A stretch of DNA of 64,000 nt from an uncultured Methanosarcinales archaeon (GCA_964434475.1 CAYSVS010000001.1:22820-86819), one strand, 5' to 3'; positions 9,916 through 19,018 are shown, counted from the stretch's first letter. Notes: generated by a model not told the origin, from the letters alone. Numbers and translations are program-made.

Positions 9916-10374
9916 ATGAAAAATTACACTATTCTTAATTCAAAGCAGGTAAAGCGTATAATTAAAGTTTTGGAGCAACAGTTTGGTTTTGGTGGTAAGC
10001 TGGATTATGTTTTCTTACGTACGAATAAAGGCAAAATATACGTTGTTAATCGCGATATAGATAGGATAGATTTGGATATGGTAAGGATAAATTCTATGGG
10101 TCTTTATTTTGGAGAACTGCTTGATTCAGGAGAATTAAGATTAAGCATAGAAGGAAGCCAGATAATAGGTCCAAAAGCAAGCAAGAATGTTTTTGAGTTG
10201 GATGATGATTCCTTGAGATTGTGGTTTAAAGGCATAGATTTTGAACTTGAAGATGACAGGAATGCATTTGTTATCATAAAACATGACGAAGATTACTGCG
10301 GATGCGGAAAGATAAAAAATAAGAAATTGTTGAATTATGTGGGAAAAGTCAGAAGGGCTAATTTGATAGGATGA
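9916..10374 (+). CDS. NIP7-like pre-PUA/PUA domain protein (ribosome biogenesis factor homolog)
   Basis: 152 aa. Segment order (KIYVVNRDI, SMGLYFGEL, C-terminal PUA-like FVIIKHDEDYCGCGKI) parallels NIP7/UPF0113 proteins. Confidence 0.45.
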   Translation: MKNYTILNSKQVKRIIKVLEQQFGFGGKLDYVFLRTNKGKIYVVNRDIDRIDLDMVRINSMGLYFGELLDSGELRLSIEGSQIIGPKASKNVFELDDDSLRLWFKGIDFELEDDRNAFVIIKHDEDYCGCGKIKNKKLLNYVGKVRRANLIG

Positions 10375-11779
10375 TCTTTATTTCTTCTTCAAGTTTTTTA
10401 AGTTCATCTTTATCATCCTGTAACTTATCAAAATCATCTATTAATTTGAAATAAAGTTGTTTGAATCTTGTTTTTTGACCCAGTGTTGTCAGTTTTTTTA
10501 CTTTTTTATTGTCTATTTTTCCTTGTTCATAAGCTTTGTAAAGAGATTCTCCTAAATGGTAACCTAATAAGTGCGCTGTGTCTGATTGTATGTTATTTTT
10601 TTTTGATTTTAATTCTTTTACTAATAATATATTCTGTTCTTCTTTCTTTTCTGTTATTTTGTGCAGAAGTGCGTATATTCTTCCTGGTCCTGTGTCAAAA
10701 GTTTTGATGTTGAATTTCCTGTTAGGATACAATATTTTAGAATTAAGGTATCCTATTGCTTCAATTATCGCTATCTCGTATAATTCTTTTGGATTAGGCT
10801 TAGGATTCGAAGCATTTTGCACAAAGTGTGCAGCTTCTTCAGGTATTAAAGTCAAAATCTCTTGAAGATTTCGGATGTCTCCTAAATATTGTATGTTTTT
10901 TTCAGGATGGTATCCTATCAATCTATTTTCTTCTGCTTGTAGGGCTGTTTGTAATTGAGATCCTATCTCAGATTCTAATTTATCTTTATCGAATATTATT
11001 TTTGGGAAAGGCAATTTTAGATCTTTTATCTTAAGTATGTTGGTAATATGTGCTATGCATTTTTCCATTATATTTTTTTGAGATTCATCAGATGTAATTT
11101 CTGAGCGAAAATCTTTGAATATTTCTTCTGCTTTTCCTTCTGCACAATATGTAAGGAATGCTATTGAACAAGGATCTTTTATGTCTTTATATTTTTCTTT
11201 TATTTTTTTGTCTGCAAATTTTAACAAATAGTTTTTGGCAGCATAAAATCCTTCCTTGTCTGCTCTTTTAACTGCGTTCACCATTATGTTTTCATTTTCA
11301 TGTTTTTTCAGAATATGAAGCATAAGTCCAAATAAGCTGTAATAGTATCCGTCATACGCTAGTTCTGCAGAGTTATCTAATGAGTTGTCAATATATTCTT
11401 TCTCATATGCTCTGTATTCTCTTATTTTTTGATTAAGTGGTATTTTACTATTTTTCCTAGAATATTTTGATGCTCTGTATATTGAGACAGCTTCTGCTGC
11501 ATTTTCTTCAACAACCATTCTTAAATCACTTCTTTTACCTACAAGTTCTTCTAATTGTTGATGAAACTTTTCGTGCTCTTTAGTTATCTTGTCTAATTTA
11601 GAATATGCTTTTATCTTTCCTTCGCTGACTTCTGCAAATCTTTTTGAAGAATATGTGTCCATGCCTGAATTTTGAAGCAGCTTTTCTAGCTTAGCTGCTT
11701 CCTTTTCAGGTGTATCGTATAAGTGCAAAATACTCAAAAGTTCTGGTGTGTTTTTTGCAGATACGAATATGCTATACAT
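10358..11779 (-). CDS. Hypothetical protein (473 aa, predicted helical, ORFan)
   Basis: Long ORF with no recognisable catalytic motif. First gene of a three-gene minus-strand unit. Confidence 0.4.
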   Translation of the reverse strand: MYSIFVSAKNTPELLSILHLYDTPEKEAAKLEKLLQNSGMDTYSSKRFAEVSEGKIKAYSKLDKITKEHEKFHQQLEELVGKRSDLRMVVEENAAEAVSIYRASKYSRKNSKIPLNQKIREYRAYEKEYIDNSLDNSAELAYDGYYYSLFGLMLHILKKHENENIMVNAVKRADKEGFYAAKNYLLKFADKKIKEKYKDIKDPCSIAFLTYCAEGKAEEIFKDFRSEITSDESQKNIMEKCIAHITNILKIKDLKLPFPKIIFDKDKLESEIGSQLQTALQAEENRLIGYHPEKNIQYLGDIRNLQEILTLIPEEAAHFVQNASNPKPNPKELYEIAIIEAIGYLNSKILYPNRKFNIKTFDTGPGRIYALLHKITEKKEEQNILLVKELKSKKNNIQSDTAHLLGYHLGESLYKAYEQGKIDNKKVKKLTTLGQKTRFKQLYFKLIDDFDKLQDDKDELKKLEEEIKIILSN

Positions 11780-11792
11780 TTTTATTTTCTCT

Positions 11793-12068
11793 TTAATGTA
11801 GTGCTTCTTCTAAACCGCTTGCTTCTATGTTTTCGAACTTTCCAAAAAATGCTTTGAATAATGAATTATTGTAATCTTTAGAATTGCTTATTCCTGCTTT
11901 ATATAAAGCTTCTTTATTATATCCTTTTCTCATAATTTCATATGCTGCAATATCTGTGTCGCTTAATATTGTTTCGCCATTGTTTCCTGCTGCGTTATCT
12001 TTTACGCATTGTATGTAAGTTTGTTCTAATTTACTAAGGCTTTCTAGGTTTTCTTTTTCATACTCCAT
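11793..12068 (-). CDS. Hypothetical small protein (91 aa)
   Basis: ORF tightly spaced between two hypothetical genes on the same strand. Confidence 0.3.
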   Translation of the reverse strand: MEYEKENLESLSKLEQTYIQCVKDNAAGNNGETILSDTDIAAYEIMRKGYNKEALYKAGISNSKDYNNSLFKAFFGKFENIEASGLEEALH

Positions 12069-12105
12069 ATTATTCCCTCCTAAGCGGTTTGTTTTTTCTT
12101 ATTTT

Positions 12106-12939
12106 CTATGTGTCTCTAAGACTTTTTTCACAGTATGATGTGTATATATTTTGTACTTTGTTTATTATGGATGTTATCTCTTTTTCTGTTCCGTTCATGT
12201 CTATCCTTATCTTATATGAGCCATTTTTTGAGAATCTTATGTTTAAATTATCTGTATCTATTTTTAGGCATTGGTTTTTTTCTAAAGATTCGTATGCTCC
12301 GTACATTTTTTCAAGAGGCATAGTTTCTTTTTTACCTTTCTTAAACAATTCTATCTTTGCATTATCTGAATAGTTAGATGATCTGAAAAGTTCTTCTATG
12401 AGCGAGTAGGTTATATCATTTTTATTTAATTCTTTTAAGGTTATCATAGATACATATATATTCTCTCCTTTCTTTCCTTCGTTCAAAGCAGTCTCGTTTT
12501 TTTGCCTATATTTTTCATAATCTTTTTCTAATATAGTTTTTATGGATATGTTAGAACTATGTTTTATGTCTTTATTTGTTTTTATGAAAGATTCTTCTGC
12601 TATCTTGACAAGTCCGTCTCTATCTAATATGTGCAATACATTTTTTGCTTTTCTTTCATAATGGTTATGACATTCACAAGTTTTTTCTCCTACTTTTATC
12701 AGTGCTTCTCTTTTAGCTTTAGAACTCACATCTCCAAAATATCTTGTAAATAAAACAGATGGTGCAGATAGTTCCTCTGTTGTTGGGGTAGATCCTTTTA
12801 TTAAATACAGTTCAGTAAGTGTATCTAGAGAATCTACGCCTCTGTGCGCTATTCTTTTCATTAGTCTTTCTTTTCTTTCTTGTTCGCTGTTTATTTCAGC
12901 GTTTTCCCTTTCCATAGCCCTAGCTCTATCTATATTCAT
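12106..12939 (-). CDS. Hypothetical protein (277 aa, ORFan)
   Basis: Long ORF with no recognisable motif. Contains a CECHNH cysteine/histidine patch. Confidence 0.4.
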   Translation of the reverse strand: MNIDRARAMERENAEINSEQERKERLMKRIAHRGVDSLDTLTELYLIKGSTPTTEELSAPSVLFTRYFGDVSSKAKREALIKVGEKTCECHNHYERKAKNVLHILDRDGLVKIAEESFIKTNKDIKHSSNISIKTILEKDYEKYRQKNETALNEGKKGENIYVSMITLKELNKNDITYSLIEELFRSSNYSDNAKIELFKKGKKETMPLEKMYGAYESLEKNQCLKIDTDNLNIRFSKNGSYKIRIDMNGTEKEITSIINKVQNIYTSYCEKSLRDT

Positions 12940-13246
12940 AGTTTTTCACCTTGGCCTTAACATCCGCCTTTGTTTATGGGTGGTGTCAAGGCATTAGAAG
13001 TTTAATGTCTTGATTGTAATCGGAGCAAACACTAGATCTTTCACAAAAACATCATACATAGTCCAAGTTTGTGTTTGCTTGTTCATTGTTTAACCTTGTT
13101 GAAAATACTCTTCAGTGATAATATATATGGTGAAAGTTATATATAAATATTTCGCTTTTTCAGTATATGTTTTAGTACCTTTTACATATATTTTGAGATT
13201 TAGTATACTAAAAAGTATATTTCATTTATAAACTAAAGAATATTTT

Positions 13247-13693
13247 CTATATTCTGTATATGTTATCTCCTATATAGTGGATACACTTTACAGATTTGCT
13301 TTTTTCCTGTTTTTTTATATCTTCTGATGATAATAATGCAATGCCTACTGCCAAAGGTTTTTTATGTGTCTCGTCGATGATTGCTATTGCTGCATCTGTA
13401 TCAAATTCTTCAACATCCACTATTCCTGGACGCATTATATCTGCTCCGTTTATTATGAATTTGACAGCTCCCATATCTACTGTGACTTTGGGCAGAAAAT
13501 TTTTATCTAATAGCAATTTAAGTGTTGGAACAATCTTATTTTTATGGTAAAAAAATAATGCTTTATCATCTTTTATAATTGCGTTGTTATCTATTACAAC
13601 TTTGTCTTTTTTGTCAAAAAATTCTTCAATATTGAAATTATTTTTTATCTCTTCATTCAATTCCTTTATCTCTTTCTTTCTTAATTGCTTCAT
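13247..13693 (-). CDS. PUA-domain protein (Tma20/MCT-1-like, DUF1947+PUA)
   Basis: 148 aa. The C-terminal VKFIINGADIMRPGI...AIAIIDETHKKPLAVGIALLSSEDI is a typical PUA fold signature. Confidence 0.5.
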   Translation of the reverse strand: MKQLRKKEIKELNEEIKNNFNIEEFFDKKDKVVIDNNAIIKDDKALFFYHKNKIVPTLKLLLDKNFLPKVTVDMGAVKFIINGADIMRPGIVDVEEFDTDAAIAIIDETHKKPLAVGIALLSSEDIKKQEKSKSVKCIHYIGDNIYRI

Positions 13694-14082
13694 TTTATCT
13701 TTTTTATTGTAACTTTTAATTTGGTTGAAGGGTTTTTCATCTGCTCTATGATTTTTCTGTCGATATCTTTTGCTGCTTTGTCGCTGTGTATGCCTAGTGT
13801 TCTTTCTGAAATAAAAGCGGTTGTTCTTATCACTATTTCCTCATCATCGCTGAAGTCTTTGTTTACTGTGCATTCGAATTCGTCAGAATAGTCTTCTGTT
13901 TCAAGGATTATTTTTATCTTATTGTATTTTAGTATTTTTTTTAATTCTTCTGGTTTAAAGTTTGCTTCTACGCCTATTATGCAATCTCCCTTCAAGGTTA
14001 GATCCTTATCTTTTGTGAACTCTAAAGTTGTTCTATGCATACTAAGGACGTTTTTATGCCCTTTACAAAAAAAAGAAATCAT
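13690..14082 (-). CDS. DUF371-like archaeal protein
   Basis: 130 aa. The N-terminal GHKNVLSMHRTTLEFTKDKDLTLKGDCIIGV resembles the DUF371 family. Confidence 0.4.
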   Translation of the reverse strand: MISFFCKGHKNVLSMHRTTLEFTKDKDLTLKGDCIIGVEANFKPEELKKILKYNKIKIILETEDYSDEFECTVNKDFSDDEEIVIRTTAFISERTLGIHSDKAAKDIDRKIIEQMKNPSTKLKVTIKKIK

Positions 14083-14336
14083 TTAAGTATATCTTCAATG
14101 GGTTTTTTAGGTTTGTTTGCACTTTTTGCTGGTTTTTTACTAGATTCTTGAGCCATCTTTTCTAGATCAACTCCAAGGTCTTTCAGTGCTTTAATATGCA
14201 TCTGCATCAATTGCTCGACAATTCCTAATATTTTTTGCATCTCTTCCCTTTCTTTTGCTAATGTAGCTAATGCTCCTTTGTGAAATCCTATCTGTTCATC
14301 GTTTGATCCTGATTTTTTTGCTGATTTTTTTGCCAT
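14079..14336 (-). CDS. Hypothetical small protein (85 aa, K-rich termini, helical core)
   Basis: ORF first in a minus-strand three-gene unit; stop overlaps the downstream start. Confidence 0.3.
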   Translation of the reverse strand: MAKKSAKKSGSNDEQIGFHKGALATLAKEREEMQKILGIVEQLMQMHIKALKDLGVDLEKMAQESSKKPAKSANKPKKPIEDILK

Positions 14337-14595
14337 TTTGAAAAACCTCCTGTTTTTGACATCCTATAAATATTTGATTTCTATAGTGAATATCGCTTAA
14401 CTTGGTTGTTTTATTGTTTATTTATATATGTTGTGTTTTTTTTGGTTTGTCTCAATATTAATTTTTCAGTAGATAAATAACTCTTAAAATGTATTTTTGT
14501 TTGCGATGTTGTCTTACGAAATCATGTCTGTTTCACCTGTCAATCTGCGTTTTGAAACAAACCTTTAGTTTTTGGAATATATATTTCTATTACAT

Positions 14596-14612
14596 AAAAG
14601 TTTAATATAGAT
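14596..14612 (+). promoter_or_regulatory. Candidate archaeal TATA box (TTTAATATA) about 26 bp upstream of the HerA-like ATG, possibly a leaderless transcript
   Basis: AAAGTTTAATATAG centred ~26 nt upstream of the ATG at 14631. The AT-rich background makes this weak. Confidence 0.2.
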
Positions 14613-14630
14613 GGATTAATTTAATAAATT

Positions 14631-16634
14631 ATGATACTCGGCAGAATAATCGGAAAAGCGAGCACAACTAAATTTAGTTTTGAGGTTACAGGAGAAGCAA
14701 AAAAATTTCTATATGCGCAAGTGCAGCACAAGGATTATGGATATGTGCTTTGTCAGATAACTGAATTGCTTTCAGATTATGAAAAGACTATTGCTTATTG
14801 TAACATAATAGGATATAAGGAAGATGGCAAGATCAAGCAGATAAGGACTCCCTTTGAAATTGGATCAGAAGTGCTGGTTGCTGAGGACAGTATGATCGAG
14901 GATGTTATCGCTATAAATACTAAGAATTCTGCTTATATAGGTAATCTTGAAGGAAAAGATATAAAGATTAGTTTAGATCTTCAAAAATTATTGACAAAGC
15001 ATATTGCTGTCTTGGCTAAATCAGGAAGCGGCAAAAGCTATACTGTTGCTGTGTTGATAGAAGAGATATTAAAAAAAGGGCTGCCTGTTGTTGTAATAGA
15101 TCAGCATGGTGAATATTATTCTTTGAAATATCCCAATAATAAGGAAAAAGAACAGCTGTCCTTATATGGTCTACAAGCAAAAGGATTTTTTCAGCAGATT
15201 GTTGAGTATGGCAACCAAAATTTTAATGCTAATTTTAAGCAGCTTAAAGTAAGCGATAATTTAAATGCTCAAGAATTGCTGCATATTGTTCCTATGAAGT
15301 TGACCTCGGCTCAGGAAGGATTGCTTTATAGTGTTGTTAAGGATATGGATTCTACGAATTTAGATGATATCATTGTACAGCTGCAGCTTATGGAAAATAA
15401 TGCAAAATTTAATCTTATCAATGTATTAGATTATCTGCAGTCTCTGGATGTATTCTCTTCAAATTCTGTTGATATGAATGAACTTGTAAGGCCTGGAAAA
15501 TGCAGTATATTAAACCTAAAGGGAATTGAGCCTGAAGCGCAGCAGATAATAGTGTATAAGTTACTGAAGGATATGTTCAACGCAAGAAAGACAGGCAAAT
15601 TACCTCCTTTTTTTCTGGTTGTTGAAGAAGCTCATAATTTTGTTCCTGAAAAAACTTTTGGTGATGCAAAAAGCAGCAGCGTACTTATGAACATCGCAAG
15701 CGAGGGAAGAAAATTCGGTTTGGGATTATGTGTTATTTCACAACGGCCTGCTCGTGTACAGAAGTCTGTTTTAAGTCAATGTTCTACACAAATAATATTA
15801 AAGGTAACAAATCCAAATGATCTTAAGGCAATAACAACTTCTGTTGAAGGCATAACATATGATACTGAAAACGAGATTGTTAATTTGCCTGTTGGAACTG
15901 CTATGCTTACAGGCATAGCTGAGATGCCTTTATTTGTTAATATAAGACCAAGGTTGACAAGGCATGGAGGACAAGCAGTAGAACTTTTTGAAGAAAAGGA
16001 AGAAAAGGATTTTGTTGAAGAGGTTAAAGAGTATAGTGAGCAATTGGCATTAGTAAAACCTAAGACTACATTGAAAGATTTAAGATTGATGTATGATGAA
16101 AATATTTGTATTAAAAAGCAGCTTGTTCCTGCTGTGATGTTCAATTGCAAAAGAAAGAATAATGAGTTTAATATTTTGGTTGAGCTAGTGAGTGGAAAGG
16201 TTCTGCCAAATATAGAAGATAAGTTTAAGATTAATATTGTTGACCTTACTGATCTTTCTAAAGAACAGATATTGATAATGGAACATGCTTTGCATCTGCT
16301 TAATTTTACTTCTGGTTCATTGGCTAAAAGCACAAAGATGGATGTATTTCAGGTTGAGAGTTTGGCAAATATGTTTGTCAAGCAAGGATTGTTCAGTTTC
16401 AATGGAAGCAATTATACTATAAATGATCATCTAAGGCTTATATCGCATCCGCAGGATTATTCTTGTTATGAAAAGGTTGTTCATGAAAATGTTGATTTTG
16501 ACAAGAAGTTTGATAATATGTTTGAAGCAGATGAAATAAGGAAAAGGTTGGATGCGTTTGTTGATGTAGTTGATTCTAAAGGTTGTTTTATCTTGGAGTA
16601 TAAGATAGATAAGAAAAAGGGCGAATTACTTTAA
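14631..16634 (+). CDS. HerA/FtsK-like P-loop ATPase (HAS-barrel + DUF87) with a ~230-aa C-terminal extension
   Basis: Walker A LAKSGSGKSYTV, Walker B FFLVVEEAHNF, and an N-terminal HAS-barrel-like segment. No nurA partner adjacent. Confidence 0.7.
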   Translation: MILGRIIGKASTTKFSFEVTGEAKKFLYAQVQHKDYGYVLCQITELLSDYEKTIAYCNIIGYKEDGKIKQIRTPFEIGSEVLVAEDSMIEDVIAINTKNSAYIGNLEGKDIKISLDLQKLLTKHIAVLAKSGSGKSYTVAVLIEEILKKGLPVVVIDQHGEYYSLKYPNNKEKEQLSLYGLQAKGFFQQIVEYGNQNFNANFKQLKVSDNLNAQELLHIVPMKLTSAQEGLLYSVVKDMDSTNLDDIIVQLQLMENNAKFNLINVLDYLQSLDVFSSNSVDMNELVRPGKCSILNLKGIEPEAQQIIVYKLLKDMFNARKTGKLPPFFLVVEEAHNFVPEKTFGDAKSSSVLMNIASEGRKFGLGLCVISQRPARVQKSVLSQCSTQIILKVTNPNDLKAITTSVEGITYDTENEIVNLPVGTAMLTGIAEMPLFVNIRPRLTRHGGQAVELFEEKEEKDFVEEVKEYSEQLALVKPKTTLKDLRLMYDENICIKKQLVPAVMFNCKRKNNEFNILVELVSGKVLPNIEDKFKINIVDLTDLSKEQILIMEHALHLLNFTSGSLAKSTKMDVFQVESLANMFVKQGLFSFNGSNYTINDHLRLISHPQDYSCYEKVVHENVDFDKKFDNMFEADEIRKRLDAFVDVVDSKGCFILEYKIDKKKGELL

Positions 16635-16802
16635 AATTTCAAACATATCTTTTGTAGTTAATCTTGTTTTTAGGTTAGTTTCCAGCTTATTGACGATTAT
16701 GTTTGTATCCATTGTTTTTAGATCAAGTATATTATTTTCTTCTATTTTTATAGAACCTTCAATTGGTTTTATTTCTGATTCTTTAAGTTTGATCTTGTTC
16801 AT
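16626..16802 (-). CDS. Hypothetical small protein (58 aa)
   Basis: The probable start is the ATG at 16802 (MNKIKLKESE...). The track's longer 16850 start runs through an overlapping Zn-ribbon ORF in another frame. Confidence 0.3.
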   Translation of the reverse strand: MNKIKLKESEIKPIEGSIKIEENNILDLKTMDTNIIVNKLETNLKTRLTTKDMFEILK

Positions 16803-16933
16803 TGCATTACACCTCTGCATATTTTTTTTGTCTCTCCGCATGTTGTGCATTCATACACTTCATATTTGACATTAGACATGTTCAGTGTTTCTTTCTTGTA
16901 CATCTCTCCGCCGCATCCGCATTTTATTGACAT
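16799..16933 (-). CDS. Small zinc-ribbon protein (44 aa, absent from the ORF track)
   Basis: Hand translation gives MSIKCGCGGEMYKKETLNMSNVKYEVYECTTCGETKKICRGVMQ with C-x-C...C-x2-C pairs. Its TGA overlaps the downstream ATG (ATGA). Confidence 0.35.
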   Translation of the reverse strand: MSIKCGCGGEMYKKETLNMSNVKYEVYECTTCGETKKICRGVMQ

Positions 16934-17280
16934 GATTATAAGAATGAATAAAGGAGTATATAAATATTGTGGGTCATTGGGATTATCTCTTCTATAAACA
17001 TATTAGATGGATAAGATCTTGTTTTATGTATTTTTCATATGTTTACAGGTATTATCTTTCTCTTTTTTCATTCATATTTGACATTATCTAACTTTTTTAT
17101 AACAGAATTCACTTAAAATATACTTATCATCCACATGAACCTGACTTTGTTCTTCTGTTGTGGCATCAGTATTGCTCTAAAAATTATATTTTTCTGAATT
17201 GCATATTTGTATTGTTTATCCATAGAAGATCATATTTTAGTTTTATTGAAAATCTTGTAGAAATTTGAATGAGGTATAAT

Positions 17281-17435
17281 GCCCTGCACTTTAGTGCGAG
17301 ATATTCAATCTCAAAAAATTGTCTTAATAGTTAGTCCGTAATATCTCTAACTTTAGGTAGGGGATATGCTGACAAATCCTAGGTTTGTGGCATGTTGAAC
17401 AAAGTTCAACAGGACAAACAATCAAAAGACAAATT
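17281..17435. repeat. Copy A of a ~150-bp noncoding element repeated in this window (candidate ncRNA or MITE-like)
   Basis: Shares TTTAGTGCGA...AAAAAATTG...GTAATA...GGATATGCTGACAAATC...GCATGTTGAA...AAAGACAAATT blocks with 51994..52174. Contains the hairpin GTTGAAC-AAA-GTTCAAC. Confidence 0.5.
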
Positions 17436-17479
17436 TTGGTTATTTTAGATATGGTTATATTTTTTAATAAACATTAGCT

Positions 17480-18784
17480 TTATTTCAAATGAATCTCAAC
17501 TATATCTTTATCCTTTAATGTATGGTTAAGATGCAGTATCTGTCCTGGAAACTTTGCACTAGGACCCCATATTTTCGCAAACTTGAACTTATTTACAAAA
17601 TCCTTGTGCAGCCTTTCACAGAAATCTTTTATCTTCGAATTGCGTTTCATTATCATGGGTTCTTTCATGTCTGGTTTCTTGGAAATCTCTTTTGTGTATA
17701 TTCTTATGAAATCAAGTTTTTTGAATATTACATCCTTAAGCTCTTCTGTTCCTAAACTCTGGTTTGCTGCTATGCATATATCTGGCTTAATCTCTTTCTT
17801 AAGCTTTTTTAATGTTTTCTCGTTTACCATATCCATTTTATTGAGGACAGTAATGCCTGGAATGTAGCTTTTGTTTTTTTCTATGATATCTATCAACTGA
17901 TCTGCTGTAATGTTTGTTCTTATAACAACCTGTGCATTGGCTATCTTAAATTCCCTTAATATTGCTTTGATCATCTCTTGATTTAAGTGCGTTAATTTTA
18001 CTGTGCTGCCTATATCTATGCCGCCTTTTTCTACTTTTTTAATGGTTACATCTGGTTTTTTTTGGTTTACCCTTATATGGGTATCATATACTTCTTTTTG
18101 TATTATTTCATAGTGGTGCGGGCGTGTAGCGTCAACCAAAAATAATATCAAATCAGCATTTTGCATTACAGATAAAACTTCTTTACCTCTACCAGTTCCT
18201 ACTGCAGCACCTTGGACAATTCCTGGAACATCTAATATCTGTATCTTTGCGTCTTTGTATTCCATAAGCCCTGGAACAACATCTAAAGTAGTAAACTCAT
18301 AAGATCCTACTTCTGAATTTGCATTTGTCAATTCATTCAATAAAGTGGATTTACCTACAGAAGGAAAACCAATCAAAATAACAGAAGCGTCTCCAGATTT
18401 CCTTACAGTATAACCTTCGCCTTTCTTGCTTTTTGATGTTTTAGCTGCTAATTTTTGTTTTAGTTTTGCTACTTGTGCTTTATACATGCCTATGGCGTGC
18501 TGGGTTTTTTTATTGTATTTTGTAGTTGATATTCTTTTCTCTAATTCTTTGATCTGTTCTAATGTTTTTTCTCTGGAACTTTTGTCTTCAGAAGATTCTA
18601 TCTTGACAGGCTTGACCTTTACTTTTTCTTTTTTTGCGGCTGCTTTTGCTTCCTGTAGTTCTTCTCTTTCTCTTTTTAATCTTTTTATGTCTAGTTCGTC
18701 GTCTTCATCTTGATCAGAGTATTGATTCTGCTTTTTCTTTCTTGCAAGCAGCTTCTTCTTTTTCTTGGTCATCCTTATTTTCAT
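17480..18784 (-). CDS. DRG-family GTPase (Obg-like, C-terminal TGS domain) with a ~110-aa K/E-rich N-terminal extension
   Basis: ILIGFPSVGKSTLLN, DVPGIVQGA and NKMD-type motifs typical of developmentally regulated GTP-binding proteins. C-terminal TGS-like segment. Confidence 0.8.
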   Translation of the reverse strand: MKIRMTKKKKKLLARKKKQNQYSDQDEDDELDIKRLKREREELQEAKAAAKKEKVKVKPVKIESSEDKSSREKTLEQIKELEKRISTTKYNKKTQHAIGMYKAQVAKLKQKLAAKTSKSKKGEGYTVRKSGDASVILIGFPSVGKSTLLNELTNANSEVGSYEFTTLDVVPGLMEYKDAKIQILDVPGIVQGAAVGTGRGKEVLSVMQNADLILFLVDATRPHHYEIIQKEVYDTHIRVNQKKPDVTIKKVEKGGIDIGSTVKLTHLNQEMIKAILREFKIANAQVVIRTNITADQLIDIIEKNKSYIPGITVLNKMDMVNEKTLKKLKKEIKPDICIAANQSLGTEELKDVIFKKLDFIRIYTKEISKKPDMKEPMIMKRNSKIKDFCERLHKDFVNKFKFAKIWGPSAKFPGQILHLNHTLKDKDIVEIHLK

Positions 18785-19018
18785 TCTTTTTATCCAGAAA
18801 AAAATTAGTATATAAACTTTATTGATTTGTGGGCTTTGAAGAAAAATTAGTGAATTTCATCACCTAACGTATTTTTTGATTGTAAAACAATAATTTCAGC
18901 CTATAATACTGGCGAAGCTTATGTGCATGGGCTTTAGTGAGCGAGACTTTTTCTAAAGATCATGAATTGAAACAACACAGAAATATTTATAAATATATCT
19001 CGATATTATACTTATGTT

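Noticed and set aside
12089-12373. Plus-strand ORFs 12089..12373 and 12135..12323 antisense to 12106..12939
   Set aside because: These are shadow ORFs with F/L/I-rich nonsense translation.
12940-13246. Possible C/D-box or other small RNA in the 300-bp gap (inverted repeat GCAAACAC...GTGTTTGC, palindrome AGTATACT)
   Set aside because: No convincing C (RUGAUGA) and D (CUGA) box pairing or tRNA-like fold could be found by eye, so it is left unannotated.
14631-16634. HerA-NurA DNA end-resection module
   Set aside because: No NurA-like nuclease, Mre11 or Rad50 gene is adjacent. The HerA-family assignment is kept, but the repair-operon interpretation is not supported in this window.
16803-16850. 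The 5' 48 nt of track ORF 16626..16850 (MHNMRRDKKNMQRCNA...)
   Set aside because: This N-terminal stretch overlaps the better-supported Zn-ribbon ORF in another frame. The ATG at 16802 coupled to the upstream TGA (ATGA) is the more plausible start.
17522-18825. Plus-strand ORFs (17522..17755, 17583..17867, 18426..18713, 18634..18825) antisense to the DRG GTPase gene
   Set aside because: The DRG reading frame has unambiguous G-domain motifs and the antisense ORFs are low-complexity.
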